Assembly (NCBI GenBank): GCA_030704615.1
Contig: CM060732.1
Span: 79,112,001-79,176,000 of the forward strand
Source: Takakia lepidozioides
Lineage: Eukaryota; Plantae; Bryophyta
Direction: 5' to 3'
Length of the DNA stretch: 64,000 nt
Part shown: piece by piece, positions 50,880-60,760 of the stretch
How the letters are laid out: each line of letters starts with the position of its first letter
Position numbering within the stretch: the first letter of the stretch is position 1
Program-made: the position numbers and the translations under genes
The notes under the pieces: generated by a model
The model's database searches: none
The model's input: the letters and a program-made list of their open reading frames with translations, nothing else
Told to the model about the DNA's origin: nothing

Positions 50880-51542
50880 TGACCTACACGTGTCATTCAT
50901 ACATACTCCAACAAGACCACGTGGCATCTGTAGTGTTGTAGTGATATAGTCACACCCATAGTAATGTAGTCATACATGTATTCAGGAAATGTGTCACATG
51001 TCATCCTCAACGATGTACTGAGTAGTTATGTAGTCATCAGTGTAGTCACACAATGTAGTCATGTAGTCATAAAGTTACGCCTACATCACTATACTCACGA
51101 TTTGGACACGTGTCATAGCAAAGGGATTACGTGTGTCACACAGACAACTATCCATGTAGGCGGACTTCTGTAGTAATGTAGTTATCATGTTAGTCATGTC
51201 ATGTAGTCGTGTAGTCGTGTAGTCCACTGTACATATGGTCACACATGTCAAATCCCAAGGATCCCACGTGTCACGCACAAGCCTCTCCATGTAGGCGCAA
51301 TGCTGTAGTGATATAGTCATAACTTACAGTCGTGTAATTATTTCTGTTATAACTACATCACCAAACCCTGCATCACTATCCCATGTCACATCCTCAGTGA
51401 CCATGACTTCGCACTTATCACTCCGTAGTCATGGTAGAACTGACTTTGTGTTTGTCACTGTAGAGTGAGGTAGTCGTAAAAGCACTTATCACTGCAAATG
51501 CAGTGATATCCATAGTCATAAAAACGTTAATCTGTACTAGTG
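50880..51542. mobile_element. CACTA right terminus with subterminal repeats
   Basis: Ends TCTGTACTAGTG (reverse complement CACTAGTACAGA) at 51542, preceded by many TGTAGTCA / GTAGTGATATAGTCA / ACACGTGTCA motifs; abuts a truncated gag. Confidence 0.8.
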
Positions 51543-52250
51543 CTTCCGTTGGAACTCTTGCAAGCTCCGCAACTTCTCTGTCCTCACCCCTTGATAGCTC
51601 CCTCTCAACTCTTTGAAGAACTCCATAACAGGGTTGAAGGCAGGCACGGGTACTGATGCTAGTGCCGCAGTGGCTTGGGTGGACGTCGTAGCTACGGTAC
51701 CACTAGTCTCACTTGTCCCACTGCTGCTTTGTTGAAGCTGCCGGTGTAGCCACTGCCCTCGTGGCTCTAGTGCCCCTAGAGATGGAGACATAATCAGGTG
51801 ACCAATACATCCTCTACTCCTCGATCTCAACCTCATGCCTCCGCCTGAATTCATGGTAATCATCCATGGGCGGCTCCTCAAGGTGCTGAAACAGCCCCTT
51901 CCATGCCATGAAAGGCGTAAATAGTTGTGGATTGCGCATTTGCTATAAATCATACCAACTATCAAACTCTTGGATAAAATCGTCTAGCTCAATGGTGCCC
52001 ACCGCCCCAGAGTACCGATGTGGCCCCTTGGTAGCTCCATACATCTCCTCCATTGTGTCCCACAACAATGACAAGCAAACAACTTGCACCGCTAGTGTGA
52101 GTCCTCCTGATTCACAATCCGAATCAAAACCTTCCGTAGAAGACAGAGGAGGTGAAGGTGGCCTAAACTGCATACATCGTCTCGTGTACCCACTAGTATC
52201 GCTAGTGCCCGAACCGGCACTCTCCCCAGCAACTAGTGGCACCTCCGTGT
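51543..52250 (-). mobile_element. Ty3/gypsy-type gag N-terminal remnant, truncated by the CACTA end
   Basis: YSGAVGTIELDDFIQEFDSW.DL...AWKGLFQHLE...FNPVMEFFKELRGSYQGVRTEKLRSLQEFQRK; directly downstream of a UTR segment shared with the 55585 element. Confidence 0.65.
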
Positions 52251-52321
52251 TGACAAACTGACACTCAACCGGTCATGAACATGTCCCTAACCCCCTCTCC
52301 ACGAGGTAACCGGGGGGGGGA

Positions 52322-52785
52322 CTGACTCTTGCCTCCACCTACGGAAAGGTCTTGGCCTAATGAGAGGGTGAAAAACTATGAAGAAAAGAAACTAAAGCAA
52401 TGCCTAACCCCAGCATGCCCTCATCCCAACACTCTTCCTCTCCTCTCTTCCCTCACTTGCATGACCATGGGAATATCATGAAGATACTCCTCAAACCGCC
52501 CTCCACGAGCTTCAAAATTTGGCCTTCAAGACCACATGCTAGTACTCAGGCAGTCCATCAGTGCCAGCATAGGCCGTCCACAGGTCAACACGGGCCACCA
52601 CAGACCAGCACAGGCCCACACAGATTACATGTCAAGCTGACACAGTCCGTCACAGTCCGTCACAGCCCCACAGGCCACAGCCTGTCACAGCCCATCACAG
52701 CCCCACAGGCCACAGCCTGTCACAACCCCACAGGCCACAGGTCACAGCCTGTCACAGCTTGATAGGCCCATAGGCCACAGCCCGT
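52322..52785 (-). repeat. Retroelement 5' UTR segment, homologous to 55976..56497, with CACAG(G/C)C short repeats
   Basis: TGACTCTTGCCTCCACCTACGGAAAGGTCTTGGCCTAATGAGAGGGTGAAAAACTA is identical at both loci. Confidence 0.9.
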
Positions 52786-53794
52786 AGGGTTCATTATTTG
52801 ATTTGGAATTTGATGATTCCGCTATTGTGAGTTCTCCTTAGGTTTTCAATATTGAAGATATGGTACTAGAGTTGGATTCTAATGCGCCGGCATTCCTCCA
52901 ATTGAGATTCCGGAGGAGGGATTTCTAGTGACTATTACAGCAGGTAAGATGCCAGCGAACCTGACGGTAGGCTACATGTGGTTCTTGTGGCCCATATTAC
53001 GCACACTTTTTTGTACGAGGTTGATGATGGCGTCGCTGATAAATTTGGTGAACCTGAAGAGAATAAATCTCCTGTTGTTCTAGTTTCAGAAGTTGCACTT
53101 CCAAATACCTCCCTCTCCACAGGTTCTTTGAAATCTTCAACAGAGAGTAACGTTGATGACGAAAGTTTTGTTGAAACAGATGCTCTTTGACATCGTTTCG
53201 CACCTCATTCTAAGGATGAAATGCTGATTGTAAATGAAAGAGGATGCCGTAAAAGTAAACATGGCGAGAATTGGTCGCGGAACACTCTTGACGTCGAATG
53301 GAGCGTGGAGCAGAAGATTGATACCTCATTGTCCATTGAGGAACTCTCCAAATAGGAGGACCTTAGATACATCGTTGACCTTTTGGCTCGCTTTATACTT
53401 GATGCCAAGAAGCGTGATGGCTCACTATATCCTCTTGGGAGTATTAATTCATTCTTACGCGGTGTAGGCAGAATAATTTGTGCTCACTACAATAAGTGTG
53501 CCGTTGAATCCAGCAAACCTTGCGAAAAATTCTGTATAAGTCTTATGGATGACATGAGATATCAACGAGTCAAGTTGGCTGGTGACGAAGCTGTGGCAAG
53601 GTCTTTTAAAGCCGGCCTTGGAAAAAAAGTGCAGAAATTTGATTGTCTTACGCTTGACGAAGAAGCTCTTGTGTTGGCTCAATATGTGTCAACCTATTTC
53701 ACTTTCCGGTTTGACTTATACATTCGTCTGGTACTGTACAAGAAATTTCTTTATTAGAGCGGTTTCTGAAATGAGAGCAGCGACTGAACTGAAG
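52782..53794 (+). mobile_element. Crypton-like tyrosine recombinase gene, partial copy 1 (retains the first catalytic Arg)
   Basis: Near-identical to 61607..62519. LARFILDAKKRDGSLYPLGSINSFLRGVGR and GLTYTFVWYCTRNFFIRAVSEMR (Arg at 53756-58). Confidence 0.75.
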
Positions 53795-53799
53795 GTGGG

Positions 53800-54430
53800 A
53801 ACCACTAGAGTGAGCCCTCACAGCTAACTAAGACACCTGAAGATCCCAATCTCCTAGGTGTCCTTTCTGCAAGCCATACTTGCGCAAACCCCTCTTCACC
53901 GTCTGAACAACTATCTCTGCCAAGCCATCGGCCTCAAGATGATCCCGAGAAGTGGTGCGGTGGTCTATCAAGGCTTTATCACACAAAACCTGAAACTCCC
54001 CCAAGAACTCTCTCCCTTGGTCCGTGAGTACCTCAGTTGGAGCACCACAATTGGCTAAGCCACGATCCAAGAATGCATACGCAAGCCCCCTCACTAGCCT
54101 TGTCAGACAATTTAACCAACTCAATCCACTTGGAGAAGTGCTCCACCATCACCAACACATATCTGTGGTGGCGCATAGTTAGTGGCAACGGTCCTGCGAA
54201 GTCAAGACTCCACCTGTAGCCCAATCCTATGATGGGTAAAGGATGCAACCATGGTGTAGGGGCGTTGAATGAAGCACGCACCCTGTCACACACCATGCAC
54301 CTAGCCACGAACTGTTGCACCTCTATATGCATACCACGCCACCAATACTACCCCTGAAGTAAACTGTGAGTGCGTCGCACTCCAAAATGCCCCAACTCCT
54401 CATAAGCATGCCGCACCAATTCTCCACTGA
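53800..54430 (-). mobile_element. Ty3/gypsy integrase remnant (HHCC Zn finger plus DDE core)
   Basis: GHFG...YWW..M...V..C.VC; WSLDFAGPLP; VLVMVEHFSKWIELV; EVLTDQGREF; ADGLAE..VQTVK. Confidence 0.9.
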
Positions 54431-54869
54431 AGTCTTCCCACTAGGAGGAGCCTTACTCAATCGTTATTGACATACTTTCAATTTGCCAGTCCTGAAGTTT
54501 TTTCTCTGAGGTTTTCCTCCATTTTCCGTCTAAGCTCTACGACTTTTCTGCACCAAATTTTCATTTTATTTGATTTTCATACTTCTCATCTTTGGCCCTG
54601 GTTTAAGAGGGAATTTCACATGTCATTTTCCGTTGTTCAAATTTAAGCAATTTATTTCTCATAGTTTTTTATTTGGTGGTCTGACTTTTTATCCTCTCTT
54701 ATGTTTCTTCATATCCATTTTCTCCCATGAGATCCAGGCGCTTCCCAAAAGTCGTTATATAACGTCATTTTCTTTCCAAATCTCATAGTCTGTACTTTCA
54801 TTTTATTTATTTATTTGGCAATTAGGATTTTGGATTGACATACATTTTTTATAGTACCTTGCTTTTTTT

Positions 54870-55584
54870 GTTAGCATTACCTCTAACCCTTACCCTTTTC
54901 TGCAAATGGCCCATGAACTATTCATACCATAACCATAGCCATAACCGTACCCATTATGGTTATTGAAATGTCTTCTCCCTTCACATTTGCGCAAGCTTTT
55001 TCCTTGTTTTGGATTGACATGCATTTAGGCATGTTATAGTTTGTTTTCTATGTTACATCTTAATACTAGGTCAAGGTTCCAACGACGAGTCTTTCATTTA
55101 AATACTTGTCCATAATATTAGGTCTTCATTTTTTTTTGCTTACTAGTACCCTACTAACAACACTAAGTTCTAGCGAAAGTCTGGAGTTTTCCATAAGTGT
55201 TTGTCTATTTTGTAACTTAAACAAAAACCCTAAACCCTTACTAGAAAACCCTAAACATTTACCCTTAACCCAATACCCCAGAACCATTCCCTTCCCTTTG
55301 CAAATAGGAATCAACTATCCATACCATATCCATAACCATTCTAGTTATCCAATCTCTTCATGTAAACCAAATTTCCATTTTGTACCATACTAACACACAC
55401 TAATTTGTAGCGAGTGCGAGTCTTCCGGCATGTATGCTCACCATTTCTGCCTTAAACCCAAGCCCTATACCCTCGTCGAAAACCCTAAGGAAAACCTTAC
55501 GCCATTGTTACGTCTAAACCCTTACCTTTCCCCTGCAACTGGGAATGAAGTATCCATACCATAACCATAACTATTTATGGTTAT
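54870..55584. repeat. Three dispersed copies of a ...TGCAA...TAT(C/T)CATACCATA(A/T)CCATA... unit
   Basis: Copies near 54885-54962, 55280-55350 and 55517-55584. Confidence 0.6.
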
Positions 55585-58418
55585 TGTCGTGCACCTAAGC
55601 ATCGTGCCACAACATACATCGCTGTCCACCACACAATCTAAGCACACAATCCTAGAAAGCTATACCACAATAGATAAGAGATGAGAAATGAGAGAAGTAG
55701 AAGACAAAATGAAAGCTCTCAAAGCATGAAGCAATCACATGAAGAACAAGCCCTAGTCCTTCCAAGTGACATCCACTCTATCACATAAACTAAGTCAAGC
55801 CAAGGGCACCTTGGCTAAAGGAATCCACCCTACAAAAGCCCTCAACACACTCCCTCTCAATACCTAGAGCTATGGAGGTGAGAGAAGCTCCAAGAAATCA
55901 GAACGACAACTCTTCCACACCAAAAACAACTCCACGGTGTCGCTCCTGTAAGGACACCCCAGCCCAAACCCGGATTGACTCTTGCCTCCACCTACGGAAA
56001 GGTCTTGGCCTAATGAGAGGGTGAAAAACTACGAGGAAGAGAAGCTAAAGCAATGCCTAACCCCAACATGCCCTCATCCCAACACTCTTCCTCTCCTCTC
56101 TTCCCTCACTTGTATGACCATGGGAATATCATGAAGATACTCCTCAAAACCGCCCTCCATGAGCTTTGAAATTTGGCCTTCAAGACCACATACTAGTTCT
56201 CAGGCAATCCATCAGTGCCTCCACGGGTCAGCCCAGGCCGTCCAAAGGTCAACACAGGCCACCACAGACCAGCACAGGCCCACACAGATTACATGTCAAG
56301 CCCTCACAGCCCCACACAGGCCACAACCCGTCACAACCAGTCACAGCCCCACAGGTCACATCCATCACAACCCATCATAGCCCCACAGTCCGTCACAGCC
56401 CCATAGGCCACAGCCTATCACAGCCCACCACAGCCCTACAGGCCACAGGTCACAGCCTATCACATCTTGTCACAGGCCCATAGGCCACAGCCCGTCATAG
56501 CCCTAAAGGCCACAGCCTGTCACAGCCCATCACAGCCCCATCCATGTGCGCTCATGGCAGTTTAGCCATTTCTCCAAGGGGGTTTAGCCACACCAAGCTA
56601 GGGTTTGTGTCTCTTGAACCTTGAGCTCTCTTGCAACGAGCTATGGTAGCTGTGAAGAAATCTGCAATGTCTTCTTGCTCTTTTCAACTCCCATACACCA
56701 CCAACAAAAGCTCTAAATCATGAGGAAGATGCTTGCCACAAACCAAGCTCTCTTCTCCACTTAGACTCCAAAAACCCCGCCACTAAACTCAATGGCAAAC
56801 AACCAAGCCTTGCTGGTTTCCAGCCCTTGTGAGCACTTATTCATGCGCTCTCCTTGGCCATAGCACGTGTCTTAGAGCCTATTCCAGCCCCCTACACCTG
56901 CCGCTTCAAGAGCCATGCTCTATCTAGGCTTGTAGTTGAAACCCCAACTCAAAACACGCTCTACAAGTGCCGGACTGTCACATAAGAGCAGATCAGCCCA
57001 TTACCTTCCCTTCTAGCTCTCCAAAGCTTAAAGATGGAGGCCTAACTAGGCTGAATGCATGCTCCACACATGCACTACTCCCACATAAGAGAAATCAGCT
57101 CCTTTGCTTCCTTACTTGCACCCACAAATCTGAAAATACAAGCTTCAGCGGGCTGAAAGCATGCTCCACTCATGCCCTACAGGGAAACCAACCCTTCCTT
57201 CTTTTTTGCACTCCCAAACCTAAAAGTACAAGCCTTCAATGGGCTGAAAGCATGCTCCACACATGCATTGCCCTCACACAAGAGAAATCAGCCCTTCCCT
57301 CTTCCTTGCTTGCCCTCCAAGCTTGAAGATGGAAGCTTCAATGGGCTGCATGCATGCTCCACACATGCAACCCCTTCACACAAGAGGTATCAGCCCCCTA
57401 TCTTGGCTCCTTGGCTCCTTGATGCTCTCTAAAACAAGACTAAGCAATCTATAGCCTTTGCCAAGCTCCTGAAACCCTAAGGCTTATATTTCTAGCCACA
57501 AGACACTCCTCTTGTGGTGCAAGAGCTCTTCTAAGCTCTGAAACCCTAGGTGCACATTCCATGGCCTTGCCGCACCTCTTCACTTCTGTTTTAGCCCTGC
57601 TTTTGCCATGGCAAGAGCCCTCTCAATGCTGAAAGCTCGAGATTGAAACCCAATCTCAACATACTCCACCAAGTACACTGATTTGCCCCAAAGCCAAATC
57701 AGCCCTCTCGCTTGATCTTTTCCTGTTCCGCACCATGGAAGCTCGTATTCCCAAGGCCAATTCTCAGATTCGCCGCCAGAGCCACTATAACCTGCTCTTG
57801 ACTGATCCTCTTCCCAATCGTGCTTGCTTATGCATGTACACAATCTGAAACCATCAAGGTGCTCTGGAATTACCTGCAGCATGGTGCTTTCATCTCTGAA
57901 GCTGAAGATCGAATGCCAAGGTCTACCACCACGTAACCCACATCGCCTCCGTTCCTAACAACCAAGAGCTCCATGATGCTCATTGCATAACAACCGGTTT
58001 CTCTCATTTCAAGCAAAAACCACAAGTGCTACAACTAACTCATATCTGGCACTCACAGATACGAGCTCATCTTTCTCGAGTGACAAACCCGTGATAAACA
58101 AGAAGAATACAAGCACAAGGTCATGCGAACTCACAAAGCTGAAGCATAAACTCATGTATATATAAACTCATCATTCAAATACAAGTCAAGCCAAGTGCAC
58201 CCCACGCCATGGGGAATCCACACTATGGCGCCATAGCTAGACGCGGTGAGGCTCAACTCGAGAAAGATGAGCCTCCCGCGCTTGCCGTGAAGATAACCAC
58301 TCCGGGGCCTAAATCTGCCTTGACCCCTGGATTGGCACTTGGGCCAATTCCAAATGTCAACATGTAAAAGCTAGCTATTTCTTAGCTAGTTTCACACTAG
58401 TGGTGAAATAACTTGACA
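55585..58418 (-). mobile_element. Internally deleted non-coding retroelement copy (A1 end, long 5' UTR, B end)
   Basis: Ends TGTCGTGC (55585) and TAACTTGACA (58418); flanks GTTAT / GTTCT, a 4/5 match to a 5-bp TSD. Internal minisatellites at 56300-56540 and four ~95-bp units (GGCTG...GCATGCTCCAC) at 57049-57400. Confidence 0.75.
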
Positions 58419-59602
58419 GTTCTTTTCTCCAGCCCCAACCTTCCTTAGGTTGGTGGCCCTTTTCTCCCGGAGTTTTGCCACGGGGTAGTATCCCCTTAAT
58501 AAGCTTTACGGCTTGTATCTTCACTTGTTATTTTATCCTGTCCATTTTAATCTATTTCCAGGGCCACCGTCCCCAGCCTGTTAAAAATAAAATATAAAAA
58601 TCAGATAATTAAATACATAAGAATCTGCCAAAACTTTGTTGCCAAGACCTGAGTAGTCATATTCTCTAAAACATTATGGTATAAATTATTTGGAACATTT
58701 GAAAAGAAGACCAAGTATATACAGTGACGAGTCCATAAACAACCATTAAACGACACCATCCCTCCGAGCTGGGAGCTCCTTTAGTGCTCATCACTCCCCT
58801 ATAGAGGGCGAAGAGTCCGAAGTGAATTAGAGGCACCCCGCTCTCTTAAGAAGACTAGATCTAGAATGCAACTTTCCTTTTAGACTTACAAGAGGAAGTG
58901 CGGTAGCTACTTAGTCAAGTGCTGGTTTCTTTATTTCTACCAGTTGTCTTCTGGCTTCTGTTTTCTTCTTCTGTTGGCTTTGGTGTTGGACTGGTATCAA
59001 GTTTTTTACATATTAGTCTGGTCCTAGTACTTAGGGGAAGGCCATGCCCGAAAATCCAAGAACCCCCGACCCGAGAGGCCTTCCCCTACATAAAGCACGT
59101 GGAAGATTTCTTTCCGCCTTCCGGATCTTTTCGACCAGGGGTTGGCGCTCATTCTATACTCAGTGCCCGCTTTTCTATGTGTTATTTCCGATTTGTTGCG
59201 TATCAGGCGTCAAAGCTTTTGTCGCGATTGAGTCTCCCAGGGCTTAAAGTGGAGAAGATGAGGATGATGTTGCTGATGTTGCGGCTGATTCAATTCCGTA
59301 GGATTCATTATCTGATTTGGAATTTGATGATTCTGCTATTGTGAGTTCTCCTTAGGTTTTTAATATTGAAGATAGGGTACTAGAGTTGGATTCTAATGCG
59401 CCGGCTTGTTCCTCCAATTGAGATTCCGGAGGAGTTACACATGTGGTTCTTGTGGCCCATATCACGCACATTTTTTTGTACGAGGTTGATGATGGCATTG
59501 CTGATAAATTTGGTGAACCTGATGAGAATAAATCTCCTGTTGTTCTAGTTTCAAAAGTTGCACTTCCAAATACCTCCCTCTCCACAGGTTCTTTGAAATC
59601 TT
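58419..59602 (+). mobile_element. Crypton-like element, partial copy 2 (upstream region and 5' coding part only)
   Basis: Duplicate of 60761..61962, cut off by a retroelement end at 59603. Confidence 0.7.
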
Positions 59603-60760
59603 TGTCGTGCGCATACATATCGCTACACAACTACATCGCTATCCAAAACCACACAACACATGTGCACACCAAACACTAGTCTATCACTAATGCACCACTA
59701 GTCCACCACTAGGCTGCCACTAGTCCATCACAATATATAAGGAAATGAAGATGATACAAGCACACAAGTTCTCTCAAACTCGCATACTTGCACATGAAAA
59801 CATCACTCATATATTAAGTCGAGCCAAGTGCACCCCACGCCATGGGGAATCCACACTACGGCGCCATAGCTAGACGCGGTGAGGCTCAACTCGAGAAAGA
59901 TGAGCCCACCGTAATCTGCCGTGACGATAACAACGCCAGGTGCCCAAACATGTATTGGCCTCTGGATTGACACTTGGGTCAATCCCAAATATCAATATAT
60001 AAAAGCTAGCTATTTCCTAGCTAACTTCACACTAATGGTAAAATAACTTGACAGCTGTCGTGCGCATACATATCGCTACACAACTACATCGCTGTCCAAA
60101 ACCACACAACACATGTGCACACCAAACACTAGTCTATCACTAGTCCTGCTCTTGACTGATCCTCTTCCCAATCGTGCTTGCTTATGCATGTACACAATCT
60201 GAAATTAAGGTGCTCTGGAATTACCTGCAGTATGGTGCTTTCATCTCTGAAGCTGAAGATCGAATGCCAAGGTCTACCTCCTCGTAACCCACATCGCCTC
60301 CGCTCCTAACAACCAAGAGCTCCACAGTGCTCATTGCATAACAACCTGGTTTCTCTAATTCTCAAGCGAAATCCACAAGTGCTACAACTAACTCATATCT
60401 GACACTCACAGATACGAGCTCATCTTTCTTGAGTGATAAACAAGAAGAATACAAGAACAAGCTCATGCGAGCTCACAAAGCTGAAGCATAAATTCATGCA
60501 TATATAAACTCATCACTCAAATATAAGTCAAGCCAAGTGCACCCCACGCCATGGGAAATCCACACTACGGCGCCATAGCTAAGCGCGGTGACGCTCAACT
60601 CGAGAAAGATGAGCCTCCCACGCTTGCCGTGAAGATAACCACTCCGGGGCCTAAATCTGCCTTGACCCCTGGATTGGCACTTGGGCCAATCCCAAATGTC
60701 AACATATAAAAGCTAGCTATTTCCTAGCTAGTTCCACACTAGTGGTGAAATAATTTGACA
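59603..60760 (-). mobile_element. Composite retroelement remnant: A1 plus UTR start (60760-60146), B1 (60145-60056), GC, A2-B2 (60053-59603)
   Basis: The + strand junction TAACTTGACA-GC-TGTCGTGCG is at 60044-60064. B1 and B2 share ~86 bp with one mismatch. Confidence 0.8.

Noticed and set aside
55585-58418. Interpretation as one ordinary 2.8-kb solo LTR
   Set aside because: The homologous segment at 52322-52785 runs into gag without the B end, and a 450-bp A+B unit exists at 59603-60053, so the interior looks like 5' UTR rather than LTR. Not fully excluded.
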